A stretch of DNA of 64,000 nt from Minisyncoccota bacterium (GCA_041666305.1 JBAYHD010000001.1:18149-82148); one strand, 5' to 3'; positions 1 through 11,790 are shown, counted from the stretch's first letter. Translations and numbers: made by a program. Notes: generated by a model not told the origin, from the letters alone.

Positions 1-1014
1 GGTTTCAGATACTCCGGCGTCCACTTCAAATCCGCCATCACCGATGAGAGAAACGAGCGGTGTGCCCGGAGATGCCTGTTGTCCGACCTTCGCGTCGAGT
101 TCAGTTATCACGCCGCTGATCGGTGCGACAATTCGCGTACCCTGGAGATTTGCTTCGGCGACCGCAATCCCGGCGGCGGCTTGTTCGACACTTGCATCCG
201 TGAGCAAAGTTGACCCAACGCTTTGTGTGCGGTAGGTCTCGCGCGCGCTTGAAAGCGTAGCGAGCAGAGCCGTTACGCTGGTACGTGCCGTAGCGAGCGC
301 GGCGATCTGTGTCGCGGTTGCGTTCGACACGCGGTCATTCGCCAGCACCGCAAGTTTGTCGAGAAAGTCCGAAATGTCCTGCGCGACTTGCGTTGCGTTT
401 GCAAGAAGCGTCATCGGATCAACACTGTCGGCCTTCGAGAGAGCACTCTGATATGCCTGCATCTCATAGGTGAGGGCCGTACGCTCTCTTGAGATCTGAC
501 CGTAGTCATTTGGTGCGGAAATAAGCAATTGCGGTCCAAAGATGGACGGATCGCCGAAGAATGTGTCGATGTCGTTCTGGAGCAAGGTATCGAGCGTGGT
601 GTACGCGGAGAGATACGCATTTCTCGCCTGAGTCTCAGCCTCGGGAAGAGAGGTGGACGAACGAGAAGCGACCGCGGAATTGTATGCCGCCTGTGCCTGT
701 TGCAACGCTGCGGAAAGGGCTGCGGTATTGAGTTCCGCAATGACCTCTCCTGCGCTCACATGCATGCCTAGATTTTTATACACATGAGCTATCGCGCCCG
801 CATTTTGGAATCCGAGCGAAACGCTTTTTACGGGCGTCGTGTTGCCGGTAACAGAAACTGTTTCAGTAATAGAGCCCTGCGTGACCGTTATGAATTGGTA
901 CGATGCGATGTTGCTCCGCATAAAGAACCAATACCATCCGGCGAGGACGACAATGAGCGCTGCGAGCGCATAGCGCCACCCCGGAAATGCAAGACGTTCA
1001 AGTGAGAATGTCAT
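1..1014 (-). CDS. periplasmic adaptor / membrane-fusion (HlyD-family) protein, partial (N-terminal part in window; gene continues past position 1)
   Basis: Manual minus-strand translation from ATG at 1014..1012: MTFSLERLAFPGWRYALAALIVVLAGWYWFF (TM anchor), long Ala/Gln coiled-coil, then ...IVAPISGVITELDAKVGQQASPGTPL (adaptor beta-barrel motif). No stop before window edge, so it is absent from the ORF track. Confidence 0.55.
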   Translation of the reverse strand, partial: MTFSLERLAFPGWRYALAALIVVLAGWYWFFMRSNIASYQFITVTQGSITETVSVTGNTTPVKSVSLGFQNAGAIAHVYKNLGMHVSAGEVIAELNTAALSAALQQAQAAYNSAVASRSSTSLPEAETQARNAYLSAYTTLDTLLQNDIDTFFGDPSIFGPQLLISAPNDYGQISRERTALTYEMQAYQSALSKADSVDPMTLLANATQVAQDISDFLDKLAVLANDRVSNATATQIAALATARTSVTALLATLSSARETYRTQSVGSTLLTDASVEQAAAGIAVAEANLQGTRIVAPISGVITELDAKVGQQASPGTPLVSLIGDGGFEVDAGVSET

Positions 1015-1053
1015 TATGAGGTGAGTGTACCACTCGGTTATACTGAGCGCACC

Positions 1054-1803
1054 ATGTTCCCCCCGGAATATATTCTTGCCGCCGCACTGGTCGTTCTATT
1101 CGTCATTTCCCGCATGCGGCCGCGGCGCTTCTATCTGGTGCGCCACGGCGAGACGCTCATGAATGCGCAGCATATCAAGCAAGGCGCCGACGGCGCCCTC
1201 TCCGAGCGCGGACGGCATCAGGCGGAGAAAGTCGGAATGTATTTGAAACGCTTCCCGATACAACGCATTCTTTCAAGCCCGTACCCGCGCGCGAAAGAAA
1301 CTGCGGAGATCATTAACGCCCACCTTACGGTTCCCGTTATGTATTCGCCGCTTCTCGTGGAACGAAGGAACCCGAGTGAGATAATTGGGAAAAACCGCGA
1401 CGACGCGGAGGTGAAGCGTATCGTGGACCAAATAGACCTCGCGTACCACAAAGACGATTACCGCTTCTCCGATGAGGAAAATTTCATGGATCTTAAAAAG
1501 CGTGCACGCAAATGCCTGAATCTCCTCGCGCGCCAGGGCGCGCGAGAAATGTGTATCGTCACACACCACGTGTTCCTCAAGGCACTCATCGCATATCTGC
1601 TCTACCGCGAACGGCTCAGCGCCGCCGACTTTGTGAAGCTTTCGTTCTTCAATATCTCGGATAACGCCGGCATTACCATATGCGAATATCATCCGTGGAA
1701 GATGTTCAACCGCACTCGCGGCTGGGAAATCATTTCTTACAATGAAAAAGCAGTGGACGAAAGTAGCAGCAACGCACCGATGATCCCGCAACTTTCTTTC
1801 TGA
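1054..1803 (+). CDS. histidine phosphatase (phosphoglycerate-mutase-like) family protein
   Basis: Has the LVRHGET catalytic RHG motif and ITHHVFLKAL. ORF track starts at GTG 1021; the in-frame ATG at 1054 is preferred. Divergent from the adaptor gene. Confidence 0.7.
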   Translation: MFPPEYILAAALVVLFVISRMRPRRFYLVRHGETLMNAQHIKQGADGALSERGRHQAEKVGMYLKRFPIQRILSSPYPRAKETAEIINAHLTVPVMYSPLLVERRNPSEIIGKNRDDAEVKRIVDQIDLAYHKDDYRFSDEENFMDLKKRARKCLNLLARQGAREMCIVTHHVFLKALIAYLLYRERLSAADFVKLSFFNISDNAGITICEYHPWKMFNRTRGWEIISYNEKAVDESSSNAPMIPQLSF

Positions 1804-1812
1804 ACAATACAC

Positions 1813-1850
1813 AAAACCGCTGCGCCTTTGGCGCCGCGGTGTTTTTGCTT
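1813..1850. terminator. GC hairpin plus T-tract (ccgctgcgcc-tttg-gcgccgcggt-gtttttg), likely bidirectional terminator between the phosphatase gene and groEL; a second perfect 11-bp hairpin (gttgttgaagt-cta-acttcaacaac) follows at 1859..1883
   Basis: Inverted repeats read directly from the sequence. Confidence 0.5.
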
Positions 1851-1882
1851 TTGTTGAAGTTGTTGAAGTCTAACTTCAACAA

Positions 1883-3825
<1,943 letters not shown>

Positions 3826-3919
3826 ACGTATCTATATAAATGAATAATCGCCCTGTGTTGAAGGAGTATAGAGAAACGCTCGTCCACAAGCAAGTTGCAT
3901 CTCTCTACTCATCCGTGCT

Positions 3920-4171
3920 ATGCTCATATCCAAGATGGAGGCACTCGTATCGGCACTGCCGTACGCGGAAATCGCCCTCGGAATACTCCTCATCGTCGGC
4001 ATCGTGCTGCAGCAGCGCGGCGCGACACTCGGCGGAGCTTTCGGCGGCGACAATTTCGCATCGACCTTTTACAAGCGCAGGGGCGCTGAGAAATTCCTAT
4101 TCAATGCGACAATCGCTATTGCAATTTTGCTCGTACTCGCAGCGATACTGAATTTTCTCTTAGTAGGATAG
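3920..4171 (+). CDS. secG: preprotein translocase subunit SecG
   Basis: 83 aa with two TM helices, LLIVGIVLQQRGATLGGAFGG (SecG Gly-rich loop signature) and a second TM. Possible alternative start at 3935. Confidence 0.6.
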   Translation: MLISKMEALVSALPYAEIALGILLIVGIVLQQRGATLGGAFGGDNFASTFYKRRGAEKFLFNATIAIAILLVLAAILNFLLVG

Positions 4172-4175
4172 GAAC

Positions 4176-5918
4176 ATGGACGACACCGGCAGTTCTCACG
4201 AACGCTTCGGGCTTTGGCGAGAACGGTTGATGCGTTCTCGGAGCGTGCAGTCACTCGATCGTTTGCGCGAACATGTACATTCGTTCTCGTCGGGCGACCG
4301 TGTTCTGTTCTATCTGTTCGCGATCCTCGTCGGCATCGCCTCCATCTCGGGTCTCTACGCGCTTGAACAATCGCTTCTCAAAGAAGTCCCCGCCTACGGC
4401 GGAAGCTTGGTGGAAGGAGAGGTTGGAAGTCCGCAATTCATCAATCCGCTCCTCGCCATCAGCGACGCCGACCGCGACCTGTCCGCGCTGGTCTACGCCG
4501 GACTCATGGGACTTTCGGGCAATGGAACACTCACACCGGTGCTTGCGGAAAGTTACACGCTTTCGCCCGACGGAAAGACGTACACATTCGTCCTGCGCAA
4601 GAATGCGAAATTCATCGACGGCTCGCCCGTGACGGCGCAAGACGTGGTCTTTACCGTTCGGAAAGCACAAGATTCCGGACTTAAGAGCCCCGAATTCGCA
4701 AACTGGTCGGGCGTGAGCGTCATCGCAGACGATGCGCGCACGGTGCGCTTCACGCTCGCAAAACCATACGCGCCGTTTTTGGGCCTCACCACGCTCGGCA
4801 TTCTTCCCTCTCGCCTCTGGCAGAACATCAGCAACGAAGAATTCCCGTTCTCAAATCTCGAGACGAATCCTATCGGTGCGGGCCCTTTCAAAGTCGTGGA
4901 TATTTCACGCGATGCGTCCGGACTTATCAAGAGCGTATCGCTCGCGGAAAACCCGCAGTATGCGCTCGGTCGCCCGTATCTTGATGCCATCCGTTTTGAT
5001 TTCTACTCGCGCACCGAAGACCTTGCGTCAGCGGTGCAGAACGGTGCGGTGGAAAGCGCGTATGATGTCGGGACGAAAGGAGCTTTGACCGCACCCTATG
5101 CTCGCGTGTTCGGTGTGTTCTTTAATCCGAGCGAGAAGCAGGTGTACGCACGCGCGGAAGTGCGCAAAGCACTCTCGCTCGCGCTCGATCGAACTCGCAT
5201 TGTGGAGACGGTCCTCGGCGGCTATGCGACCGCGGTCATGGGTCCTGTGCCACCGGGAGAAAGCGTGAAGCAAGTACCGGTACCGCAATCGTCCGATCCG
5301 ACCGCGGCTGCCGCACAAGTGCTCCAATCGGCAGGCTGGACCTACGACGGAACGGCACGATTGTGGAAAAACACGGGCGCGAAGCAGGCCCTGGACCGCG
5401 TCACCATCCGCACGAGCAATGTTCCTGAATTGAAAAATGTCGCGAGCGCAGTGAAGAACGATTGGGAGCAGCTTGGCATTCCGGTCGACATCGAACTCTA
5501 CGAACCGGGTGACCTTTCGCAGAATGTCATCCGTCCGCGAAAGTACGAAGCGCTTCTCTATGGCATGGTCATCGGCCGCGATCAGGATCTGTATGCCTTC
5601 TGGCATTCGCAGGAACGCAATGATCCGGGGCTTAATATTGCGCTCTATGCGAATAAGACGGTTGATGCGCTTCTTGAAGATGCGCGCAGTACCGGCAATC
5701 AGTCGACACGCATTGCTGACCTCCAAAAGATAGAGGACACGATCGCGGCGGATTATCCGGCGGCATTCATTTATGCGCCTGATTTCACGTATGCGGTGCC
5801 GGATGACCTTCGCGGCGTGGTCCTCCCGCAGATCATCACACCGGCCGATCGCTTTGCGACGGTTGCGTCGTGGTATCGCTCAACTGATTCCGTATGGCCA
5901 TTTTTTGCGCATCGTTAG
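4176..5918 (+). CDS. ABC transporter substrate-binding protein, family 5 (peptide/nickel-type), N-terminal membrane anchor
   Basis: 580 aa. Contains SLVEGEVGSPQFINPLL, TYTFVLRKNAKFIDGSPVTAQDVVFT, EYPFSNLETNPIGAGPFK. No cognate permease or ATPase genes in the window. Confidence 0.7.
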   Translation: MDDTGSSHERFGLWRERLMRSRSVQSLDRLREHVHSFSSGDRVLFYLFAILVGIASISGLYALEQSLLKEVPAYGGSLVEGEVGSPQFINPLLAISDADRDLSALVYAGLMGLSGNGTLTPVLAESYTLSPDGKTYTFVLRKNAKFIDGSPVTAQDVVFTVRKAQDSGLKSPEFANWSGVSVIADDARTVRFTLAKPYAPFLGLTTLGILPSRLWQNISNEEFPFSNLETNPIGAGPFKVVDISRDASGLIKSVSLAENPQYALGRPYLDAIRFDFYSRTEDLASAVQNGAVESAYDVGTKGALTAPYARVFGVFFNPSEKQVYARAEVRKALSLALDRTRIVETVLGGYATAVMGPVPPGESVKQVPVPQSSDPTAAAAQVLQSAGWTYDGTARLWKNTGAKQALDRVTIRTSNVPELKNVASAVKNDWEQLGIPVDIELYEPGDLSQNVIRPRKYEALLYGMVIGRDQDLYAFWHSQERNDPGLNIALYANKTVDALLEDARSTGNQSTRIADLQKIEDTIAADYPAAFIYAPDFTYAVPDDLRGVVLPQIITPADRFATVASWYRSTDSVWPFFAHR

Positions 5919-5987
5919 GTTCATTTATTTTCGTACGGGTTACGTGTAACACATTTAACAGCCCGATTAACTAATCAATCAATTGTT

Positions 5988-7934
5988 ATGAATCCCATAT
6001 CAGCACCAGCGCCGGCTCCGGCTCCGGGACGCCCTCCGGAATCACGGCCGAATCCTTCTCCCGATGCGCGACCGGGTTCCGCTCGGCCGCCGCGGCGATT
6101 TGAGCGCGGTAGTCGCGCACCCGGCCGCCCCGGCGGACGCGGCGGAGCCGCACGTCCGGGCTCTGCTACGCGCCGTATCCAACGGATACTCCGGCGTCCG
6201 GCATCCAATCCGTCGCGCGTAAGTCGCTCAGCGGATTATTATCCGGAACCTGCCGGACCGACCACGGTCCGTATCATTCCCCTAGGGGGCGTGGAGGAAG
6301 TGGGCCGCAACATGATCGCGGTCGAAGTCGGCGCTACCGGCGACATCATCGTTTTTGATGCGGGCTTCCAGTTCGTATCCGAGGACACCTCTCCGGGCGT
6401 TGATTACATCCTTCCGAACACCAAATATCTGGAAAAGAATGCCTCCCGCGTGAAGGGCGTCGTTATCACCCATGGCCACCTCGATCACATCGGCGGTATC
6501 CCCTTCATCCTCCCGCGCTTCGGTACACCGCCCATCTACACCCAAAATCTTACTTCGGTGATGATTGCGCGGCGCCAAGAAGAATATCCGGATGTGCCGA
6601 AGTCTGAAATGATCGTTGTCGAAGTCGGCCAATCAGTAGTCATCGGCTCTACGCGGGTAAAATTCTTCCCCGTCACGCATTCGATCCCTGATTCAATGGG
6701 TTGCTCGGTAGAAACACCGCAAGGCAACGTCGTTATTTCGGGCGACTTGAAACTCGATCACGAGGATGGCATTCCGAGCGAGCGCGAACAGAAAACGTGG
6801 GGCGACCTCGGTAAGGATAAGAACATCTTCCTTGTTGCCGACTCAACCAATGCCGAAAAAGACGGATTCTCGATCCCCGAAACGCGCGTCCTTCAAACAC
6901 TCGAAGATATCATCAAGACCGTCTCCGGCCGCCTTATCATCGGCACCTTCGCTTCACAGTTCGAGCGCATGATCCACATCATGGAGGCTTCGCAGAAGCA
7001 TAATAAGAAGATCGTCCTCGTCGGTCGTTCGATAAAAACGAACTTCGAGATCGCGGAGAAGACCGGACTCCTGAAGATCAGTAAGGATACGTTCATCCCG
7101 GAACAGGATCTCGATAAGTATCCGCCTGACAAGATTGTCGTTCTTTCCACCGGAGCACAAGGCGAAGAGTTCGGCGGACTGATGCGTATCTCAACGAAAC
7201 AGCACAAATACATCACGCTCAACGAGCGCGATACCATTGTGCTCTCCTCCTCGGTCATCCCGGGCAACGAGATCTCGGTACAGAAATTGAAGGACAATCT
7301 CTACCGCCATAATGTGACCCTCATCCACTACCGCTCTTCCGACGTGCACTCCACCGGCCACGGCAACACCGGCGAACTCGTCTGGATCAACAAGCAGGTG
7401 CATCCGAACTACTTTATGCCGGGCTACGGCTACCGCTCTATGACCACCTGCCACGCAAAAGCAGTTGAACAGTCCGGTTTCCCGCGCGGAAACATCATCG
7501 TCGCAGACAACGGCACGGTCATCGATATCGAAGACGGTGTGAAGCTTAATGTGCACAAGCAACGAGTACCGTCGTCTCCGATGGTCGTGGACGGCTTCAA
7601 CATCGGCGATATTCAGGAGGTGGTCATCCGCGACCGGCAATCGCTCGCCAAGGACGGTATGTTCGTCATCATTGCGAGCGTAAACCTGAAGACCGGCAAG
7701 CTCCGAAAGTCGCCGGACATCATCAGTCGCGGGTTCGTGTATCTGCGCGAGTCGCAAAATCTCCTGAACGAGGGACGCGTCCTCATCAAGAAGACCATTG
7801 AGGACTCAACGCGCAATATGAATCCTATTGACCTCGATTACGTGAAGAATAATCTCACGGATGTGATGGCGGGATTTCTCTTCGCACGAACGAACAAAGC
7901 GCCGATGGTCATTCCTGTCCTTATAGGCATGTGA
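5988..7934 (+). CDS. rnj: ribonuclease J (beta-CASP metallo-beta-lactamase) with a ~90-aa Pro/Arg/Gly-rich N-terminal extension
   Basis: IIPLGGVEEVGRNMIAVEVG...ITHGHLDHIGGIPFIL...beta-CASP...GHGNTGELVWINKQVHPNYFMPGYGY. The N-terminal segment 5988-6250 is extremely GC-rich low-complexity coding (PAPAPAPGRPPESRP...). Confidence 0.85.
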   Translation: MNPISAPAPAPAPGRPPESRPNPSPDARPGSARPPRRFERGSRAPGRPGGRGGAARPGSATRRIQRILRRPASNPSRVSRSADYYPEPAGPTTVRIIPLGGVEEVGRNMIAVEVGATGDIIVFDAGFQFVSEDTSPGVDYILPNTKYLEKNASRVKGVVITHGHLDHIGGIPFILPRFGTPPIYTQNLTSVMIARRQEEYPDVPKSEMIVVEVGQSVVIGSTRVKFFPVTHSIPDSMGCSVETPQGNVVISGDLKLDHEDGIPSEREQKTWGDLGKDKNIFLVADSTNAEKDGFSIPETRVLQTLEDIIKTVSGRLIIGTFASQFERMIHIMEASQKHNKKIVLVGRSIKTNFEIAEKTGLLKISKDTFIPEQDLDKYPPDKIVVLSTGAQGEEFGGLMRISTKQHKYITLNERDTIVLSSSVIPGNEISVQKLKDNLYRHNVTLIHYRSSDVHSTGHGNTGELVWINKQVHPNYFMPGYGYRSMTTCHAKAVEQSGFPRGNIIVADNGTVIDIEDGVKLNVHKQRVPSSPMVVDGFNIGDIQEVVIRDRQSLAKDGMFVIIASVNLKTGKLRKSPDIISRGFVYLRESQNLLNEGRVLIKKTIEDSTRNMNPIDLDYVKNNLTDVMAGFLFARTNKAPMVIPVLIGM

Positions 7935-7946
7935 AGTTTCTGAAAA

Positions 7947-7978
7947 ACACGGCTCGCCATGAGCGAGCCGTGTTTTTC
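7947..7978 (+). terminator. intrinsic terminator after rnj (cacggctcgc-catga-gcgagccgtg + tttttcg)
   Basis: Perfect 10-bp stem followed by a T-tract. It overlaps the ORF-track start of the next gene (7959), arguing for a later start at 7986. Confidence 0.55.
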
Positions 7979-7985
7979 GTATGCT

Positions 7986-9155
7986 ATGCTCGAACGAATG
8001 CAACCGCGCGTCATTCTCTATGTCGGGAATTTTTTCTTCTCGATGTTCGCCGCTCTTACGACCTACATTCTCCTCCCCTATCTCTCCCTCTTCATGCCGG
8101 CGGCGTACACCGGACTCGTCATCAGTGGCGGGGCGCTCGTCGCGCTCGCGCTCTTCCCGCTCCAGCCGCTCCTGGTCGCGCGCTACGGCGCGCAACAGCT
8201 CGCGCTCCTCTTTGCCATCGCAGAGATGATTACGATGTTCGCGCTCGCAATAGCGCCCGGTGCTATTGCGGCCGCACTGCTGGTCGCGCTCTCCATCTCG
8301 CTCCAGCCGTTCCTCTATTATGAAATGGACTTGCTCCTTGAAGCGACCGTCGCGGAGGAAGGTACGACCGGCCGCGTGCGCAACCTCTTCCTCACCGCGT
8401 GGAACATCGGCGCGCTCGCCGCGCCGCTTCTCATGGGCGCACTGCTTGCGGGCTCCAATAATGAGTACAGTCGCGTGTTCCTCGCCGCCGCGGCGACCAT
8501 GGTGCCGTTCGTCGTCTTGTTTGCCGCACGCCGCATCCCGAAAGGGCTCGCGCCGAAACTTTCACACATGCGCGACACGTTCTTCTGTATCATGCACGAC
8601 CGCGACCTCGCCGCGGTCACCGTCGGACATCTCATTCTCTACCTCTTCTACATCTGGGCGCCGCTGTATGTCCCATTTTATCTGCATACCGTACTCGGCG
8701 TCCCCTGGTCAAACCTCGGCTGGATGTTCTCAATCATGCTTATTCCATACACGGTTATCCAGTATCCGGCGGGGTGGGTCGCCGACAAGATACTCGGCGA
8801 TAAGGAGCTTATGTTCGGCGGCTTCCTGATTGCGGGCGGCGCGCTCGCTTCTTTCAGCCTGCTCACCTCCGCGTCCTCGCTCGGCCTCATCGTCGGCATC
8901 CTTGTCATTTCGCGCGTGGGCGCCGCGCTCATAGAAAGCATGACTGAAGGGCACTTCTTCCGCCGCGTTTCGGAAAAAGACATCAATTCCATAAGCATAT
9001 TCCGCGGCATCTGGCCCTTGGCTAACCTTATCGGCCCTGTCGTCGGGAGCGGCATTCTCCTTGTCGCCGGGTACCACACGTTCTTTGTACTCACCGGCGG
9101 ATTCATCATCATCGCCGGCGTCGCCGCGACGGCGCTTATAACAGATTTCCGCTAG
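7986..9155 (+). CDS. MFS-type transporter (12 predicted TM segments)
   Basis: Hydrophobic throughout, e.g. LLPYLSLFMPAAYTGLVISGGALVALALFPLQPL and GWVADKILGDKELMFGGFLIAGGA. ORF-track start 7959 lies inside the rnj terminator hairpin, so in-frame ATG 7986 (or 7998) is preferred. Confidence 0.6.
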   Translation: MLERMQPRVILYVGNFFFSMFAALTTYILLPYLSLFMPAAYTGLVISGGALVALALFPLQPLLVARYGAQQLALLFAIAEMITMFALAIAPGAIAAALLVALSISLQPFLYYEMDLLLEATVAEEGTTGRVRNLFLTAWNIGALAAPLLMGALLAGSNNEYSRVFLAAAATMVPFVVLFAARRIPKGLAPKLSHMRDTFFCIMHDRDLAAVTVGHLILYLFYIWAPLYVPFYLHTVLGVPWSNLGWMFSIMLIPYTVIQYPAGWVADKILGDKELMFGGFLIAGGALASFSLLTSASSLGLIVGILVISRVGAALIESMTEGHFFRRVSEKDINSISIFRGIWPLANLIGPVVGSGILLVAGYHTFFVLTGGFIIIAGVAATALITDFR

Positions 9156-9976
9156 GCACCGAGGGCAACCCGGCTCCCCCGTACGTGCACCAGCACCTCC
9201 GCCTGAAGGGCTTCCAGCGCCGCTTCGCATTGCGCACGCCGCTTCGTGCCGAGCAGATTCACGAGGCGGAGGCGCGCGGCCGCGCCCCGGGAGAGTTCGC
9301 GCAAGATGGCGCCGCGCGCTTCGCGGAGCGAGCCGGCAAACTTCGATTGTTTCGCGTACGTTTTGCTTTTTGCGTTATGCGAGATGCCGGAGTGTTTGAG
9401 GTGTGAGCCGTAATCCATGAGCGCGCTGTACCACTCCCTCGCCTTCCCTCTCGGTAACGCTTTCGCAAGTATTTCTTCGATCTGTGTATCAGAAACACTG
9501 CGATATATCGCAGTGTTTCTCTTTTGGTTGAAGAAGTGATGGATGATGGCAGTGCGGATGTTGGTTTCTACAAAAACAACATCTTCGTTCCATGCAAACG
9601 CCGCAATCGCACGAGCTGTATACGGACCGACCCCCGGCAGAGCCTCCAATTCGGGAACGGTGGATATTTTCCGTGACGCAAGTTCTTTTGCTGCTTGATG
9701 CAGCATTTTTGCGCGACGATTATAGCCCAGCCCCTGCCATGCCTTCAACACGTCAGAGAGCGGAGCGGCCGCAAGCTTCTTCGCCGTCGGGAACTGTTTT
9801 ATGAACTTTTTATAGAACGGGATCACTCGCTCGACTTGAGTTTGTTGAAGCATCACTTCCGAAACAAGGATTTTATATATATCCTTCGTCCTTCTCCACG
9901 GCAAATCATGCCGCCCATGCGCGCGGTAATACTTCCAGATCAGCCGACGAAACGCGATTACTTTGCTTTCGGCCAT
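9152..9976 (-). CDS. HhH-GPD DNA glycosylase, MutY-like N-terminal domain only (no NUDIX domain, no Fe-S cysteines)
   Basis: 274 aa. EVMLQQTQV (MutY Glu37 motif), LPGVGPYTARAIAAFAW (HhH-GPD). Catalytic Asp position reads VFVETNI (Glu). Only one Cys in the whole protein. Confidence 0.6.
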   Translation of the reverse strand: MAESKVIAFRRLIWKYYRAHGRHDLPWRRTKDIYKILVSEVMLQQTQVERVIPFYKKFIKQFPTAKKLAAAPLSDVLKAWQGLGYNRRAKMLHQAAKELASRKISTVPELEALPGVGPYTARAIAAFAWNEDVVFVETNIRTAIIHHFFNQKRNTAIYRSVSDTQIEEILAKALPRGKAREWYSALMDYGSHLKHSGISHNAKSKTYAKQSKFAGSLREARGAILRELSRGAAARLRLVNLLGTKRRAQCEAALEALQAEVLVHVRGSRVALGA

Positions 9977-10620
9977 CGATGTGAGGCAGGCGGCCAGAGC
10001 TTGGTCAAAGGATGCAGAGAGCAGTCATGCGGACGCGCCGGGCAGACGTAGCGGCCGTAGAGGACGAGGCCATTATTCACGTATTTCCAGTCTTTTTTCG
10101 GTATGAGCGCCTCCAAGTCTTTTGAGATTTTAGTAAGGTCGTTTTGGTTGGTGAGATCGAATTTCTTCGCGAAGCGCTTTACGTGCGTATCGGTCGCGAT
10201 GCCTTCCCAGATATCGTAGAGCTCGCCGAGAATGACGTGCGCGGTTTTGTAGCCCACGCCCGGCAATTCAATAAGTTCGTTCTCGGTCTTCGGGACCTTA
10301 CCGTTAAATTTTTCCTGCACCGCTCTCGCCGCACCAATAATGGCTTTTGCTTTGTTATTGAAAAAAGGGATGGATGAAATTTCTTTTGTGAATGTTGCCG
10401 GATCCGCCTCCGCAAAATCTTTCGGCGTCTTGTATTTCTTGAAAAGCGTCGCGGTCAATTTGTTCACCGCCTTATCGGTACATTGCGCGGAAAGCATCAC
10501 GGCAACGACGAATTGGAACGGCGTTTTATGTGTGAGTTCGCTTGATGGATTCGGGTACGTTTTTTTGAGATACGCGACTATCTTCTTCGCGCGCAACGCG
10601 CGCTCAGCACGGCTCGTCAT
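9958..10620 (-). CDS. nth: endonuclease III-like HhH-GPD glycosylase (Nth-like) with degenerate Fe-S motif
   Basis: 220 aa. VVAVMLSAQCTDKAVNKLT, LIELPGVGYKTAHVILGE, IATDTHVKRF. C-terminus reads C-x6-C-x2-H-x5-W instead of Cys4. Overlaps the MutY-like gene by 19 nt. Confidence 0.7.
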   Translation of the reverse strand: MTSRAERALRAKKIVAYLKKTYPNPSSELTHKTPFQFVVAVMLSAQCTDKAVNKLTATLFKKYKTPKDFAEADPATFTKEISSIPFFNNKAKAIIGAARAVQEKFNGKVPKTENELIELPGVGYKTAHVILGELYDIWEGIATDTHVKRFAKKFDLTNQNDLTKISKDLEALIPKKDWKYVNNGLVLYGRYVCPARPHDCSLHPLTKLWPPASHRWPKAK

Positions 10621-11783
10621 AACAGTTCAGGAGTAATTTCCTCGTGCGGAAAAGCAAAATGAAAGAATATTAAAAGTAGCGCGCCAGCGGCAAAGAGCGT
10701 AAGGATAAGCACTACAAAAACACCGATGTATGGCAGGAGCGCAACGAGCGAGAGCGCGAGCATGCCGAGCATGCCGTCGCGCCACAACACCGCTTCACGC
10801 TTTCTAAAACGACGTGCGAACATACTGCCGAGCAAAATGCCGGCGTACAAAAGCGAAAGCAGTACAAGGAGCGCGTATACAACGAAGAGAAGGAGCGAGA
10901 GACCGATGCCAACGAAGGTGAGTGCAAGCATGATAATGAGTACCGGCGTGGCCACGAGAATGCCGAAACCGAGCAACATCGTGAGCAGAATACTGCTCGG
11001 ACGTTCCGCATACGCACGCTCGGCAACCGCTTCCGCGAGTCGCGGGAAAAGGCCTGCGAGGAGTCCGGCAAGTATGAGTGCGCCGAGAATGCGGGCGAAG
11101 AGGAAGAACCCGATGCTCACGAGCGCCAGTATGCGCGAGGTCCCGGCATCCGGCAGATACGAAGCGTTGGTGTATTCGATGCCGTCCTCGATCGTTGCAG
11201 ACGCGGGAATGGTCGCTTCCTCCGGCGCTTCATAGAAAAGTTTCCCGTGGATAACGGTGCCTGCGGCGAGATACAGATGGCCGGTCGCAACAACTTTGAC
11301 ATTACCCGCGAAATCACCGGCGAGTGAGATGGTATTGCCGTATATGGTAACCGGTCCTCCGGCGCCGTTGCTGAGTGTCGCATTCACGGCAATGATGAAG
11401 GTACTTCCCTGTGTGCGCCCGGAACTGTTCACCGAATACCCGAAAGCGACAAGATCCCCCGACACCGGACTATCTACAGCAATGCTCCATCCGGCCGCGC
11501 GCAAGTCACCGGCTATCGGCGCACGCGAACTTATGGAACCGGCCGCCAATAGTTCATCGCCCGCCACGGGCGCCGCGGCAATGATCGAGCCGCCAATGGC
11601 CGAGAGGTCTCCCAGGACCGGCGCGGTACTGACAACCGAAATGCCGGCGAGATATGCGTTTCCCGGAGAGGAACTCGCCACGACGAGCGCGCGGCTGGCC
11701 AAAAATGATGCGGGACCGCGCGCAGCAAACGCGCTCGCCGGTATGAGAAGTGTGACGAGGAGCGTGAAGAGTATTTTTTTCAT
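10617..11783 (-). CDS. secreted/membrane protein with bactofilin-like (polymer-forming, beta-helical) repeats and a C-terminal polytopic TM domain
   Basis: 388 aa. Signal peptide MKKILFTLLVTLLIPASAFA, then repeated xxGDLxAxGxSIxxxxPV motifs (AGDELLAAGSISSRAPIAGDLRAAGWSIAVDSPVSGDLVAFG), then ~6 TM helices. Confidence 0.4.
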   Translation of the reverse strand: MKKILFTLLVTLLIPASAFAARGPASFLASRALVVASSSPGNAYLAGISVVSTAPVLGDLSAIGGSIIAAAPVAGDELLAAGSISSRAPIAGDLRAAGWSIAVDSPVSGDLVAFGYSVNSSGRTQGSTFIIAVNATLSNGAGGPVTIYGNTISLAGDFAGNVKVVATGHLYLAAGTVIHGKLFYEAPEEATIPASATIEDGIEYTNASYLPDAGTSRILALVSIGFFLFARILGALILAGLLAGLFPRLAEAVAERAYAERPSSILLTMLLGFGILVATPVLIIMLALTFVGIGLSLLLFVVYALLVLLSLLYAGILLGSMFARRFRKREAVLWRDGMLGMLALSLVALLPYIGVFVVLILTLFAAGALLLIFFHFAFPHEEITPELL

Positions 11784-11790
11784 GGATACG

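Noticed and set aside
4176-5918. Orphan family-5 SBP without permease or ATPase partners as a sign of a broken operon
   Set aside because: Orphan SBPs are common and the partners may simply be elsewhere. Nothing in the sequence indicates pseudogenisation.
9958-10030. Possibility that the degenerate Fe-S motif of Nth is a frameshift or sequencing artefact
   Set aside because: The other two frames across 9958-10040 were translated. Neither yields a Cys-x2-Cys-x5-Cys continuation, and one hits a stop immediately. So the loss appears genuine in this sequence, although read-level verification is still advisable.
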